Shown: positions 17,159 to 28,341 of the stretch, in pieces | Layout: each line of letters begins with the position of its first letter | Numbering within the stretch: position 1 is the stretch's first letter | Assembly (NCBI GenBank): GCA_028695415.1 | Contig: JAQVIY010000002.1 | Span: 4,883 to 68,882, forward strand | Direction: 5' to 3' | Origin: Minisyncoccota bacterium | GTDB taxonomy: Bacteria > Patescibacteriota > Minisyncoccia > Phycocordibacterales > Phycocordibacteraceae | DNA: 64,000 nt | Notes under the pieces: model-generated | What the model saw: only the letters and a program-made list of their open reading frames with translations | Told to the model about the DNA's origin: nothing | The model's database searches: none | Program-made: the position numbers and the translations under genes

Positions 17159-17251
17159 GGCGTCTATCCTCAGTGTCAGGACCAACAACGGCCGTAGGGA
17201 TTTCCTGCGGCTGTTTCCATTTTCGACCTGCAAACGCTAGACTAAGCGGAT

Positions 17252-20200
17252 ATGGCGGATATGCCCCAGAAGTCAGAAGCGGCGAAACGCGAAGAGGCGA
17301 TACTCACGTTCTGGGAGCGCGAGCGCATATTCGAGAAATCGCTCGAGAAACCGTCTCCGAAAGGCGACTTCGTGTTTTACGAAGGTCCGCCGACAGCAAA
17401 CGGTAAGCCCGGTATCCACCATCTCGAATCGCGCGCATTCAAAGATGCTATCCCGCGGTACAAGACGATGCGTGGGTATCGCGTCAACCGCCGTGCCGGC
17501 TGGGACACGCACGGTCTGCCGGTCGAGCTCCAAGTAGAGAAAGAGCTTGGATTCACCGGGAAGCCCGACATTGAGAAGTACGGCATTGCTGCTTTCAATA
17601 AAAAGTGCCGTGAGAGCGTGTTCGCCTATATCGACGAATGGGCGCGCTTCACGAAGCGCATCGGCTATTGGGTAGACGAGGCTCGGGCTTATTTCACATT
17701 CGACAGTGCGTATATGGAGGTGCTCTGGCACATACTCGCGAAGACTGCAAAAGATGGTCGCCTCTACAAGGATTACCGTATCGTCCCGTGGTGTCCTCGC
17801 TGCGGCACCGCCCTCTCTTCACACGAGCTCGCGCAGGGCTACGCTGAGGTGAAGGATCTCACTATAACCGCGAAGTTCGAATTACTTGATGAACCAGGGA
17901 CGTACATTCTCGCATGGACGACGACACCGTGGACTCTCCCTGGGAATGTCGCACTCGCTATCGGCGGGAATATTTCTTATGGGAAATATGAGAAGGACGG
18001 CACGCGCGTGATTCTCGCTGATGCACGAGCCGGAACTGTGCTCGACAACGCGTGGCGACGCGTGGCCGATGTCCCCGTCATTGCCCTCACAGGGAAGCGA
18101 TATAAGCCGCTCTATGAGTATGCGAAAGCACTTGCGCCGGAGAGCGAGAAGGCGAAGTTCGGAAAAGCATTTCAGGTATACACCGCAGACTTCGTTACCA
18201 CTGAAGATGGCACCGGCGTCGTGCATACGGCAGTGATGTACGGTGCTGACGACTTCGAGCTTGGGAATACGATTGGTCTGCCGAAGGTGCATCTCGTAAA
18301 TCCGGAAGGGAGGTTCATCCCCGGGACAGGATTCCTCGAGGGTCGCGCAGTCGTTGATGAAGAGGTCGCTGTGGATATTGTGAAAGATCTCGCGGGTCGC
18401 GGTCTGCTTTTTGATAAATCGAAGTATGAGCACACGTACCCCTTCTGCTGGCGGTGCAAGACGCGACTCATCTACTATGCGCGTGACTCCTGGTATATCC
18501 GTATGCTCGATTTGCGCGAGAAGCTCGTCGCCGAGAACCAGAAGATTCACTGGGAGCCCGCGTACATACGCGATGGGCGTATGGGTGAGTGGCTCGCTGG
18601 CGCGAAGGAGTGGGCGATAAGCCGTGAACGGTATTGGGGTACGCCGCTCCCCGTCTGGCAGAGTGCTGACAGCTCCGAACAGCTCATTATCGGTTCAGTC
18701 GATGAGCTGAAGAAGTACACGAAGAAATCAGGCAACACCTACTTCGTCATGCGTCACGGCGAAGCGGAGAATAATGTGCAGGAAATATTCGATCCCTCTG
18801 ACGAGAAGAAGTATCCGCTCACCGAGAAGGGTCGATCGTCGGTGCGCGCTACCGCGAAGAAATTAAAAGAGAAGAACGTGACGCGCATCTTTTCTTCGCC
18901 GTTTGCAAGAACGAAGGAGACCGCCGACATCGTTGCGGAGGAGATTGGTCTCAATGCGGAGTCGGTCGTGGTAGACGGGCGGTTGCGCGAGCTTGGTTTC
19001 GGTACGTTCGCGGGGCAGGGGAAGAAACAGGCGTATCTCGCGTACCGCGACACACACGCTTACGACGAACGTCTTCCGGAAGGTGAATCGTATGAGGACA
19101 CGAAACAGCGCCTCGGCGATTTCTTGTACGAGATTGAACGAACATATTCGGGAGAGAATATCCTCATCGTTACGCATGGGCTCGGTTCGGAAGTCTTGCC
19201 GGCAGTTGTTGCAGGCGCAGATAAGGCAGCCTCAAAAGAGATTGCGAAGCAATGTCTGTCATATGGTGACTTCTGTGAACTGCCATTTGTGCCGCTCCCG
19301 CACAACGACAAGTACGAACTTGATCTGCATCGGCCGTACATAGACGATGTTGTGTTGGTCTCAGATAAGGGGACGGAGCTCCGGCGGGTGAAAGAGGTAA
19401 TGGACGTGTGGTTTGACTCCGGTGCGATGCCATTTGCGCAAGCGGCAAATGAGCGCGGGGATGAACCCCTTGAAACATTCATCAAGAACGTGGATTATCC
19501 GGCGGATTTCATTTCTGAGGCCATCGATCAGACGCGCGGCTGGTTCTATACGCTGCTCGCGGTTGGCATACTTATGGGTCGCGGCGCAGCATTCAAGAAT
19601 TGCATCTCACTCGGGCACCTGCTCGACGCGCAGGGACTGAAGATGAGCAAGTCGAAAGGGAACATCGTCGAGCCGTGGGCTGAGATAGAGAAATGGGGCG
19701 TCGACGCGATACGTTTCTGGATGTATAGCGTGACCCAGCCCGGTGACTCTAAGAATTATGACGAGAAGACGGTGAAGGAGGCGGCGAAGGTGCTCTCCTG
19801 GTTCGACAACAGCACCAAGTTCTATAAGCTCTTCAAGGATGCGCCTCAGAAGAAAACAGAACTGACGGTTATGGATCGCTGGATGCAGGCGCGCGTTGCG
19901 GAGACGGTTTCAGCCGTTACGGAATATATGGATGCGTACCGACCATTTGAAGCGACACGCGCCATTACCGGCCTCGCCGAGGATCTCTCGCAGTGGTATG
20001 TGCGCCGTATCCGCGACCGCGTACGCGAAGGGGACTCTGCTGCACTTTCTACGCTCCGCGATACGCTCCGCACTGGAGCGCTGCTCATCGCGCCGTTTGC
20101 GCCGTTCATCGCAGAGGATATGTATGGGAAGGTGAAGAGCGATCGGGATCCGCTTTCTGTACATCTTGCTGAGTGGCCCAAAGATACCAACGTCCTCTGG

Positions 20201-20644
20201 TATCGAATTTTTGGGAGTGGGCGCCGCGAAAGACTCGTTCAAGATATGGCGCGCGTGCGCTCGCTCGCGTCAGAAGCCTTCATGCTTCGGCAGAAAGCGG
20301 GCAGCAGGGTGCGTCAGCCGCTTGCCAGTCTCACGGTCTCCGAACCGCTTTCTGAAGAACTCGCCGCCCTTCTTGCTGACGAGGTGAATGTGAAAAAGAT
20401 ACTCACGGGTAGCGAGCTCGTACTCGATACGGTGCTCACACCCGAGCTCATCAAAGAGGGTGATGAACGCGAAATGGCGAGTGCAGTCGCGCAAGCACGC
20501 AAGGCAGAAGGACTTTCGCCGTCTGATAGCGTAGAGACACGAGTGAATGGAGAAGGGAAGTATGTTGCGGCGCTTTCGACTGGCGAGGTGCGATTCGATC
20601 TGGTTCGCAACCTGTCCCGAGAGGACTCGAGAGATGCGGCATAA
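17252..20644 (+). CDS. ileS: isoleucine--tRNA ligase carrying an inserted histidine-phosphatase (PGM-family) domain
   Basis: HIGH-type motif ([12 protein letters not shown]), editing domain, KMSKS (LKMSKSKGN), DVWFDSG. Inserted block (aa ~495-665) has phosphoglycerate-mutase-family motifs: [28 protein letters not shown]. Confidence 0.9.
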   Translation: MADMPQKSEAAKREEAILTFWERERIFEKSLEKPSPKGDFVFYEGPPTANGKPGIHHLESRAFKDAIPRYKTMRGYRVNRRAGWDTHGLPVELQVEKELGFTGKPDIEKYGIAAFNKKCRESVFAYIDEWARFTKRIGYWVDEARAYFTFDSAYMEVLWHILAKTAKDGRLYKDYRIVPWCPRCGTALSSHELAQGYAEVKDLTITAKFELLDEPGTYILAWTTTPWTLPGNVALAIGGNISYGKYEKDGTRVILADARAGTVLDNAWRRVADVPVIALTGKRYKPLYEYAKALAPESEKAKFGKAFQVYTADFVTTEDGTGVVHTAVMYGADDFELGNTIGLPKVHLVNPEGRFIPGTGFLEGRAVVDEEVAVDIVKDLAGRGLLFDKSKYEHTYPFCWRCKTRLIYYARDSWYIRMLDLREKLVAENQKIHWEPAYIRDGRMGEWLAGAKEWAISRERYWGTPLPVWQSADSSEQLIIGSVDELKKYTKKSGNTYFVMRHGEAENNVQEIFDPSDEKKYPLTEKGRSSVRATAKKLKEKNVTRIFSSPFARTKETADIVAEEIGLNAESVVVDGRLRELGFGTFAGQGKKQAYLAYRDTHAYDERLPEGESYEDTKQRLGDFLYEIERTYSGENILIVTHGLGSEVLPAVVAGADKAASKEIAKQCLSYGDFCELPFVPLPHNDKYELDLHRPYIDDVVLVSDKGTELRRVKEVMDVWFDSGAMPFAQAANERGDEPLETFIKNVDYPADFISEAIDQTRGWFYTLLAVGILMGRGAAFKNCISLGHLLDAQGLKMSKSKGNIVEPWAEIEKWGVDAIRFWMYSVTQPGDSKNYDEKTVKEAAKVLSWFDNSTKFYKLFKDAPQKKTELTVMDRWMQARVAETVSAVTEYMDAYRPFEATRAITGLAEDLSQWYVRRIRDRVREGDSAALSTLRDTLRTGALLIAPFAPFIAEDMYGKVKSDRDPLSVHLAEWPKDTNVLWYRIFGSGRRERLVQDMARVRSLASEAFMLRQKAGSRVRQPLASLTVSEPLSEELAALLADEVNVKKILTGSELVLDTVLTPELIKEGDEREMASAVAQARKAEGLSPSDSVETRVNGEGKYVAALSTGEVRFDLVRNLSREDSRDAA
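18730..19250 (+). other. histidine phosphatase (phosphoglycerate mutase family) domain inserted in-frame within ileS
   Basis: RHG catalytic motif ([11 protein letters not shown]), TKETA, and the second His in VTHGLGSEV. Flanked on both sides by canonical IleS sequence (WGTPLPVWQ ... DLHRPYIDD). Confidence 0.7.
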
Positions 20645-21200
20645 ATACGAAACACGCGGTATTGTCCTCGCACGGACGCCGGTAGGTGAAGCGAGCTCGT
20701 TCATTACCCTTGTCTCATCGGAACTCGGGCTTGTCCGCGTGCTCGCCCAGAGTGTGCGTAAGCCGGGGGCGAAGCTTGCCGCTGCGCTCGCTACATTTGC
20801 AGAGAGCTCGGTCGTACTGGTACATGGCAGAGACGGGTGGCGTCTCGCGGGGGCGGTATTCGAAGAGAGTTGGTTCGCGAGATTGCGAGATGCGGATGCG
20901 CGCAAGAGAGCAGGGCGTGTTTCGGGCCTTCTTCTTCGCCTTGTTGCTGGTGAGGAGCGCGACACGGCACTCTTTCCGGTTATGAAAGGATTTCTTGAGG
21001 CGCTCTCCAATCTTCCGTCGGAGAATCATGAGGACGTCGAGATACTCGCGGTTCTTCGTATTCTCGCGACACTCGGGCTCGACACGAGCGAATCCGACGG
21101 TATCTCGGCATTTACTCCAGACATGCTTGCCGCCATCGCAAAAGACCGCACGAGCTATATCTCCCGCATCAACCGTGGCATTGAAGCCTCCGGTCTTTGA
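20634..21200 (+). CDS. recO: DNA repair protein RecO
   Basis: N-terminal OB-fold pattern ([35 protein letters not shown]) typical of RecO. Start overlaps the ileS stop. Confidence 0.65.
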   Translation: MRHKYETRGIVLARTPVGEASSFITLVSSELGLVRVLAQSVRKPGAKLAAALATFAESSVVLVHGRDGWRLAGAVFEESWFARLRDADARKRAGRVSGLLLRLVAGEERDTALFPVMKGFLEALSNLPSENHEDVEILAVLRILATLGLDTSESDGISAFTPDMLAAIAKDRTSYISRINRGIEASGL

Positions 21201-21210
21201 TATACTTTGA

Positions 21211-23109
21211 GTGATGTACCCGCCATTTCCCGAAGATGACACCGGAGCGCTTGAACGCGCTCGCGAGCGGCTCTATGAACCAGACGCGTCTCTACGCGCG
21301 CGCCCGCCGCTTGCTAGAGCGGGCGCGCCAGAGCTGCCGCACGAATGGGAAGAGAAAGAGAGTCCGCTCAAGGTCTACCTCCCCTCGCGAGGCGCTCGGC
21401 ACGTGCGTCTCGCGGGGATATTTTTCATAGCGGCATTTGCTTTCTTCCTCGTCTCGATAAGCGTTGTCGGCTACCTATTTTACTTCGGCGGTAATACCGT
21501 ATCGGTAGACAAGGTGACTATTGCCGTGCAAGGCCCAACGACGGTGTCGGGTGGCGACATAGTCCCTCTTTCGCTCACTATTACGAACAAGAATCCGGTT
21601 GCTCTTGAAAATGCGACGATTGAGATTGATTTCCCGAGCGGCACGCGCAGCGCGAGTGACGTGCTCGTCGCGTATCCGCGCTATGTTGAGAACTTGGGCG
21701 AACTTGCGAGCGGCGCTTCAGTGACGAGGTCTATAAAGGCGGTGATGTTCGGCGGAGCGGGTCAGTCTCTCGCTTTGCCGGTATCGCTTTCGTACGGAAC
21801 TGCTGGCAGCAACGCGGTCTTTGTGAAGAAGTCTTCCTATACGCTTGCCGTTTCCTCAACACCGCTTTCGATAACGGTTGATGCGGTAACCGAGACCGTG
21901 TCCGGTCAGCCGCTCTCGTTCAACCTGAGCGTTCGCAGCAACGCGACCGTGGCGCTGAGCAATGTCGTGCTGACGAGCGTATTGCCGTTCGGCTTCTCGG
22001 TCATATCATCATCAGTGCCGATAAATAACTCAAGCTTCCTGCTCGGGACTATCGCTCCCGGAGCGACCAAGCACGTCACGCTCACCGGAAGGCTCACCGG
22101 ACAAGATAAAGAGCAGCGCGTCTTCCACTTCACGGTCGGTACTGCGAACACAGCTACCGACCAGACTCCTGCCGTCGCGTACATGACCCAAGATGCGTCA
22201 GTTACCATCACGTCTCCGTTCATCAACGCCTCGCTCGCGCTCAATGGCGACACGTCATCAAACAGCGTCATTACCTCTGGGCGTCGGCAGAACGTTACCG
22301 TGTCATATACCAACACGCTCCCAACAAGCATCACGAACGCGACTGTGGCAATCGGGCTTTCCGGATCGGCGATCGATTACAACAGCATCCAAACCTCGAG
22401 CGGGTTCTATCGCTCCTCCGACCACACCATCGTTTTCAGTCGGGATACTGACCCGGCGCTCGCTGCGCTCGCGCCGGGCGCGTCCGGCATAGGCACGTTT
22501 ACCTTCTCAACGCTTCCGCCTGACGCTCTGTCTGCCGCGCCGACGGTAGTCCTCACCACCTCAGTATCCGGCACGCGCGTCGGGCAGACCAACGTACCGG
22601 AAGAAGTGAACTCTTCGTCGACAAAAACGATAAAAGTCGCAACATCGGTCGCGTTCACCGCAGTCGCGCTCCATTCGGCGGGGCTCCTGACCAATAGCGG
22701 CCCTATTCCGCCGAAGGCTGATCAAGCGACGACCTATTCGGTAGTACTGAGCGCTCGGAATAGCGGAAGCGCGGTTGCTGGCGGGACGGCTACGACGATA
22801 CTCCCGAGCTACGTTTCGTATACCGGCATCACGAGCAGTGCGAGCGCGTTCTCCTATAACGAAGCGTCGCGGACGGTCACGTGGAGTTCTGGCGACCTCG
22901 CACAGGGCGGGAGCGCGCAGGGTACGTTCCAGGTATCCCTCACTCCCTCGAGTTCGCAGAAAGGAGATATTCCGAATCTGACCGGCCCGATCTCGTTCTC
23001 GGGATACGACCGCTTCGCGGGGGTGCAGATAACCGCAAACGTCGATCCGGTAACGACCGACACGAAGGACGACCCCGGGTACACGCCTTCAAAAGCACTC
23101 GTGCAATAA
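21211..23109 (+). CDS. large membrane-anchored surface protein with repeated beta-rich (CARDB/DUF11-like) domains
   Basis: N-terminal cytoplasmic segment and one TM helix (IFFIAAFAFFLVSISVVGYLFYF). Then about 530 aa of Ser/Thr/Val-rich repeats (GPTTVSGGDIVPLSLTITNKNPVALENATIEIDF...). Confidence 0.5.
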   Translation: MMYPPFPEDDTGALERARERLYEPDASLRARPPLARAGAPELPHEWEEKESPLKVYLPSRGARHVRLAGIFFIAAFAFFLVSISVVGYLFYFGGNTVSVDKVTIAVQGPTTVSGGDIVPLSLTITNKNPVALENATIEIDFPSGTRSASDVLVAYPRYVENLGELASGASVTRSIKAVMFGGAGQSLALPVSLSYGTAGSNAVFVKKSSYTLAVSSTPLSITVDAVTETVSGQPLSFNLSVRSNATVALSNVVLTSVLPFGFSVISSSVPINNSSFLLGTIAPGATKHVTLTGRLTGQDKEQRVFHFTVGTANTATDQTPAVAYMTQDASVTITSPFINASLALNGDTSSNSVITSGRRQNVTVSYTNTLPTSITNATVAIGLSGSAIDYNSIQTSSGFYRSSDHTIVFSRDTDPALAALAPGASGIGTFTFSTLPPDALSAAPTVVLTTSVSGTRVGQTNVPEEVNSSSTKTIKVATSVAFTAVALHSAGLLTNSGPIPPKADQATTYSVVLSARNSGSAVAGGTATTILPSYVSYTGITSSASAFSYNEASRTVTWSSGDLAQGGSAQGTFQVSLTPSSSQKGDIPNLTGPISFSGYDRFAGVQITANVDPVTTDTKDDPGYTPSKALVQ

Positions 23110-23127
23110 GCTCGCGCGTAGCTTATA

Positions 23128-24462
23128 GTGACCGGTATGCAGGAAGAAAAGGTAATGGAAAAGATTGTCTCGCTCGCGAAACGTCGCGGCTTTGTCTTTC
23201 CCGGCTCTGAGATCTACGGCGGGTTGGCCGGTACGTTCGACTACGGTCCGATGGGCGTTCTTCTCAAGGAGAACGTAGAACGCCTCTGGTTCTCGATGTT
23301 TCGCGATAGTCGTGACGACATGTACGGTGTTGATGCTGCAATATTGATGAATCCGAAGGTGTGGGAGGCGAGCGGTCATGTCGCCGGATTCTCTGACCCG
23401 CTCGTCGAATGTGAGAAATGCAAGAAGCGCTTCCGCGCTGACCAGCTCGATGACCCGAAGAAATGTCCCGAATGCGCTGGCGTTCTCGGCGGGATGCGTC
23501 AGTTCAATATGATGTTCAAAACACATGCGGGCGCGGCGGAGGACGATTCGGCCGCGGTGTACCTGCGCCCGGAGACTGCCGGGGGTATTTTCATGAACTA
23601 CAAGAATGTCGTTGATTCTATCCACCCAAAACTGCCGTTCGGCATCGCTCAGATAGGGAAGGCATTTCGAAACGAGATAGCGCCGCGCGACTTTATATTC
23701 CGCCTGCGGGAGCTCTCGCAGATGGAGGTTGAGTATTTCGTACCGCCCTCCGAATGGGAGCGGGCGTTCGAAGAATGGCGCTCTCTGATGCACCTTTTCG
23801 CGACGGCCATCGGGCTGCCGGAGGCGAGCGTGCACGAACTCGAGGTCGGGGACGGCGACCGCGCACACTACTCTAAGCGCACCATCGATTTCGAATTCGA
23901 TTATCCGTTCGGCCGCAAAGAGCTCTGGGGTCTCGCATATCGTACTGACTTTGACCTCTCGGCACACGAGAAGGGCTCTGGCGTATCGCTCGCGTATCTC
24001 GATGAAGAAACAAAAGAGAAATTCATTCCGCATGTCATCGAACCATCTCTTGGTGTTGATCGCACGATTCTTGCGATACTCGCGAGCGCCTATCGCGAAG
24101 ACGAACTCGGCGGGGAAGTGCGCACGTATCTCGCACTCGCACCAAAGATTGCACCAGTGAAGGCGATGGTATCGCCTCTCTTGAAGAACAAACCGGAGCT
24201 CGTTGCGAAAGCACGCGAGGTGCGCGAGGAACTCAAGAAGGTGCACCCCGCCATCGCCTGGGATGATAACGGCAACATCGGCAAGCGCTATCGTCGCCAG
24301 GACGAGATCGGCACGCCCTTCTGCATCACCATCGACTTCGACACTCTCGGCGAGAATCCGGATTTGAAAGACACCGTCACGCTTCGTCACCGCGACTCGG
24401 GCGAGCAGGAACGCCTCTCTATCTCTGAAGTCGCCTCTCGCATCCGCGAAGCCATCTCATAG
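23128..24462 (+). CDS. glyQS: glycine--tRNA ligase (dimeric alpha2 type)
   Basis: RRGFVFPGSEIYGGLAGTFDYGPMG, class II motifs, anticodon-binding C-terminus. 444 aa. Confidence 0.9.
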   Translation: MTGMQEEKVMEKIVSLAKRRGFVFPGSEIYGGLAGTFDYGPMGVLLKENVERLWFSMFRDSRDDMYGVDAAILMNPKVWEASGHVAGFSDPLVECEKCKKRFRADQLDDPKKCPECAGVLGGMRQFNMMFKTHAGAAEDDSAAVYLRPETAGGIFMNYKNVVDSIHPKLPFGIAQIGKAFRNEIAPRDFIFRLRELSQMEVEYFVPPSEWERAFEEWRSLMHLFATAIGLPEASVHELEVGDGDRAHYSKRTIDFEFDYPFGRKELWGLAYRTDFDLSAHEKGSGVSLAYLDEETKEKFIPHVIEPSLGVDRTILAILASAYREDELGGEVRTYLALAPKIAPVKAMVSPLLKNKPELVAKAREVREELKKVHPAIAWDDNGNIGKRYRRQDEIGTPFCITIDFDTLGENPDLKDTVTLRHRDSGEQERLSISEVASRIREAIS

Positions 24463-24504
24463 CGTCCGCAAACCGCTGGCCGTTTTTGTGCTAGGATTCC
24501 CATA

Positions 24505-25560
24505 ATGAACAAGGAAATCAAGATTTCCATTACCCCGGGGTCTATTTTCACCACCCTCCTTATCCTCGCAGGAGTATATATATTCTGGCTTTTGCGCGAC
24601 CTTGCCCTCCTCGTGGTCACGGCTATCGTTATCGCTTCGGCTATTGAGCCGGGGATAGCGTTCTTTATTCGCCACCGCATCCCGCGCTTCTTCGCGGCCC
24701 TGCTCGTCTATGTGCTCGTGTTCGGCTCCATATTCATTCTGCTTTTCCTCTTCTTCCCGCCGATTATCGCCGATGCGGCCGGCTTTTTGGCGGCGATGCC
24801 GCAGTATCTCGACACTATCAACGCCTCGGCGCCGTTTACGAGTATCACGGCTGCAGGAGGGCAGGGCGGCGTGCAGTCGTTCCTCCAGACACTGCTCTCA
24901 TTCCAATCAGTCTTTACCGCGAGCGGCAGCGGCATCATTCAGCTCTTCATCACTTTCTTCGGCGGGCTTTTCTCGCTCATGCTCGTCATCGTTCTCTCCT
25001 TCTACTTCGCGCTTCAGGATACGGGTGTTGACGACTTTCTTCGTCTCGTGATGCCGATCGAGTATGAGGAATATTCGGTAGATCTGTGGAAGCGTACCCA
25101 GAAGAAGATAGGACTCTGGATGCAGGGTCAGATACTGCTCTCGGTCATCGTCGGCGTCCTCGTGTATCTCGGTCTCCTCATCATTGGCATTCCCTATGCG
25201 CTCCTGCTCTCGGTCTTCACCGCTCTCGCCGAGATTATTCCGATATTCGGTTCGCTTATCGCCGGAGCAGCGGTGGTCGTCGTGGGTTACTCTGACGGCG
25301 GGATGGCGCTCGCGGCTATCGTCGCCGGCCTCTTCATCGTGGTAAATCAGTTTGAGTCCAACCTTATCTATCCGCTCATCGTGAAGAAGATAGTCGGTGT
25401 GCCGCCACTCCTCGTTATCGTGGCCTTGATCGCGGGCGGCACGCTCGCAGGATTCCTCGGCGTCCTGCTCTCGGTGCCGGCCGCTGCCGTACTGCTCGAA
25501 TTCATTTCAGACTTTGATAAGCGCAAGCGCAAAATGCACGCGCATCAGGCGCACACCTAA
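24505..25560 (+). CDS. AI-2E family (PerM/UPF0118) transporter
   Basis: Eight predicted TM segments. Characteristic length and organisation of the AI-2E family. Confidence 0.7.
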   Translation: MNKEIKISITPGSIFTTLLILAGVYIFWLLRDLALLVVTAIVIASAIEPGIAFFIRHRIPRFFAALLVYVLVFGSIFILLFLFFPPIIADAAGFLAAMPQYLDTINASAPFTSITAAGGQGGVQSFLQTLLSFQSVFTASGSGIIQLFITFFGGLFSLMLVIVLSFYFALQDTGVDDFLRLVMPIEYEEYSVDLWKRTQKKIGLWMQGQILLSVIVGVLVYLGLLIIGIPYALLLSVFTALAEIIPIFGSLIAGAAVVVVGYSDGGMALAAIVAGLFIVVNQFESNLIYPLIVKKIVGVPPLLVIVALIAGGTLAGFLGVLLSVPAAAVLLEFISDFDKRKRKMHAHQAHT

Positions 25561-25568
25561 TTGTCTCT

Positions 25569-27002
25569 ATGAGTGCGCGCTACATCACCACCACGCTCCC
25601 GTATGTGAATGCGGACCCGCATTTGGGTCACGCGCTTGAGTTTGTTGAGGCGGATTTCCTCGCGCGCGCGCTTCGGGCGAAGGGCGAAGAGGTGTTCTTC
25701 AATATCGGCACTGACGAACATGGCGCAAAAATAGCGGAAAAGGCTGAAGCGGCGGGGCAGACGCCGCAGGCCTATGCCGACGAGTATGCGGCGCGTTTCA
25801 AGGCATTCGCTGACCGCTTCTTTATTTCGTACGATTCGTTTATCCGCACGACTGATGAAGGGCATACCAAAACCGCACGGGCATTCTGGAAACGTTGCGA
25901 GGCAGCCGGCGATATTTACAAGGCGGTATACAAGATAAAATATTGTATCGGTTGCGAGCTCGAGAAGACCGACTCTGAACTTGTAGACGGTCGGTGCCCG
26001 CTTCATCCGAATACTCCCATAGAACTGCGCGAGGAAGAAAATTATTATTTTAGATTCTCAAAATATCAGGGCGCGCTCTTGAAGCACTTTGCTGAGCAGC
26101 CAGATTTTGTTGTGCCCGAGGAGCGTGTGCGCGAAATCACCTCATTTATCGCCGGCGGGTTGAAGGACTTCAGCATCTCGCGGCGCAGAGAGAAGCTCTC
26201 GTGGGGCATACCGGTGCCTGGCGATGATGAGCACGTGATGTACGTATGGTTCGATGCGCTCGTGAACTATGTGTCTGCGGTCGGTTGGCCCGACGATGAA
26301 GAGAAGTTCAAAAAATGGTGGCCGGTGACGCAATTCGCCGGTAAAGACAATCTTCGCCAACAGGCAGCGATGTGGCAGGCGATGCTTCTCTCAGCCGGGA
26401 TTCCGCTCTCTCAACAAATATTCATACACGGCTTTGTTACTTCGGGCGGCCAGAAGATGAGCAAATCGCTCGGTAATGTCATCAACCCGGTCGAAGTCGC
26501 CGATCGGTATGGCGTCGAAGCGCTCCGGTACGTCCTCCTGCGGCATATGAGCCCGTTCGAAGATTCTGATCTCACCGATGAGTCGATACGTGAACACTAT
26601 ACGGCTCACCTCACGAACGGTCTCGGTAATCTCGTCGCGCGCGTGATGACGCTCGCTCGGGAGCACCTCCCGAGCCCCGTCGCCCTTTCTCCCGACGACC
26701 TGAAGATTGAGGATGCGTTTTTCAAAAAAGCAGAAACGTACCGCTTCAACGAAGCGATGGATATCATTTTCGCAAAGATTACCGCCGCCGATACCTTTAT
26801 GACTGAGCGCGCGCCGTTCAAGAGGATAAAGAGCGAAGTCGCCGGAGAACAGGAAGAGGCACGAAAGGACATCGAATATCTGGTACGAGAGTTGGCGACT
26901 ATTGCTTCCCATCTCGTATCGGCGATGCCAAAAACCAGCGAGAAGATACTCGCCGCTATTCGCGAGAACAAAAAGCCCGACAATCTCTTCCCGCGGATAT
27001 GA
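25569..27002 (+). CDS. metG: methionine--tRNA ligase
   Basis: HLGHALEFVEAD (HIGH-type) and KMSKSLGNVI. Confidence 0.9.
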   Translation: MSARYITTTLPYVNADPHLGHALEFVEADFLARALRAKGEEVFFNIGTDEHGAKIAEKAEAAGQTPQAYADEYAARFKAFADRFFISYDSFIRTTDEGHTKTARAFWKRCEAAGDIYKAVYKIKYCIGCELEKTDSELVDGRCPLHPNTPIELREEENYYFRFSKYQGALLKHFAEQPDFVVPEERVREITSFIAGGLKDFSISRRREKLSWGIPVPGDDEHVMYVWFDALVNYVSAVGWPDDEEKFKKWWPVTQFAGKDNLRQQAAMWQAMLLSAGIPLSQQIFIHGFVTSGGQKMSKSLGNVINPVEVADRYGVEALRYVLLRHMSPFEDSDLTDESIREHYTAHLTNGLGNLVARVMTLAREHLPSPVALSPDDLKIEDAFFKKAETYRFNEAMDIIFAKITAADTFMTERAPFKRIKSEVAGEQEEARKDIEYLVRELATIASHLVSAMPKTSEKILAAIRENKKPDNLFPRI

Positions 27003-27802
27003 CCGTCCGCTATATCGACGCGCATAGCCACCTGCAATTCGAGCAATTCGCTGAGGACAGAGGAGCGCTCATCGAACAGATGCGAGTGCAGGGTATCGCG
27101 GGCGTCGTCGTTGGTGTGGATCTTATTACCTCACGCGGCGCTTTCGCGCTTACCGAAGACGCTGAACATCTCTATGCATCGGTTGGGCTGCACCCGAACC
27201 ATGCAGGGCTTGAATATTTTGACGAGGCGGCGTATCGCGCACTCGCTGCACACCCGAAGGTTGTCGCGATAGGGGAGTGCGGGCTGGACTTCTTCCGCCT
27301 CGATGGAGACAAGCTTGAACAAAAGCAGGTGCAGAAAGAATTGTTGCAAAAGCATATCGAGCTTGCCGTCGGAGCGAATAAGCCGCTTATTATTCACTGT
27401 CGCCCAACCAAGGGTACGACGGATGCGTATCAAGACCTGATAGAGATTCTGAAAGAAGCCAAAGCGACACACCCTACCCTACGGGGGGACATACACTTCT
27501 TTGTCGGCGGTGTTGAGGAGTCAAAAGCGCTCATTGCTCTCAACTTCACCGTGTCGTTCACCGCGGTCATTACCTTCGCTCGCGACTATGATGACGTCAT
27601 ACGATCAGTTCCGCTGAAGTACATTCTCTCAGAAACCGATGCGCCATACCTCGCACCGCTTACGCGGCGCGGAGAGCGTAATGACCCTATTGCCGTCATT
27701 GATGTTGTGGAAAAAATTGCAGAGATTCGAGGCGAAAATACTGAAACCGTCCGCACCGCTCTCCTCGAGAACGCTCGCCGCGTATTCGCGCTCCCAGGCT
27801 GA
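26999..27802 (+). CDS. tatD: TatD-family metal-dependent hydrolase (DNase)
   Basis: IDAHSHLQF start, GECGLDF, IIHCR motifs. Start overlaps the metG stop. Confidence 0.85.
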   Translation: MTVRYIDAHSHLQFEQFAEDRGALIEQMRVQGIAGVVVGVDLITSRGAFALTEDAEHLYASVGLHPNHAGLEYFDEAAYRALAAHPKVVAIGECGLDFFRLDGDKLEQKQVQKELLQKHIELAVGANKPLIIHCRPTKGTTDAYQDLIEILKEAKATHPTLRGDIHFFVGGVEESKALIALNFTVSFTAVITFARDYDDVIRSVPLKYILSETDAPYLAPLTRRGERNDPIAVIDVVEKIAEIRGENTETVRTALLENARRVFALPG

Positions 27803-27848
27803 AGGCCGTCTTGCGGGCAGTAAAATCCCGTGCTAGGATGCGGGAATT

Positions 27849-28334
27849 ATGGCTAAGAACAAAGGCGAGGAGGTAATCGACGAGCTCGAAGATTCGGGCG
27901 CTGAGCCGCGCGTCTACGAGCTCGGCTTCCACCTCGACCCGGAGCTCCCCACCGAGGAGGCGAAGAAGGCGTATCAGGAAATACGGAAATTCATCGGGGA
28001 GATAGGGTCGATTGTCGCTGAGGGCGAACCGCAGAAGATTCAGCTCGCTTACACTATCTCTCGTCAGGAGACGTCCGGTCGCCGCGACTTCGATTCGGCA
28101 TATTTCGCGTGGGTCGCGTATGAGGCCACGCCGCTCAAGCATGCGGAGATTCTGACTTCGGCTGACACCGATAAGCGCATCATTCGCTTCATCGATTTGC
28201 TCACCACTAAGGAGGCCGCTCGCCACGCCGCTGAGATGCTCGAACTCTCGCTCAAGACCCCGGAGCGTACCGAAGGCGAGGAACCGGTGCTTACCGCCGA
28301 ACTTGATGCTGCCCTCGAGAACGTTGCCGTATAA
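27849..28334 (+). CDS. rpsF: 30S ribosomal protein S6 with N-terminal extension
   Basis: YELGFHLDPELPTEE parallels RHYEIVFMVHPDQSEQ. Sits in the conserved rpsF-ssb-rpsR order. Confidence 0.75.
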   Translation: MAKNKGEEVIDELEDSGAEPRVYELGFHLDPELPTEEAKKAYQEIRKFIGEIGSIVAEGEPQKIQLAYTISRQETSGRRDFDSAYFAWVAYEATPLKHAEILTSADTDKRIIRFIDLLTTKEAARHAAEMLELSLKTPERTEGEEPVLTAELDAALENVAV

Positions 28335-28341
28335 TATCGAC

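Noticed and set aside
23089-24390. 433-aa minus-strand ORF inside glyQS
   Set aside because: Antisense to a confidently identified glycyl-tRNA synthetase. No motifs.
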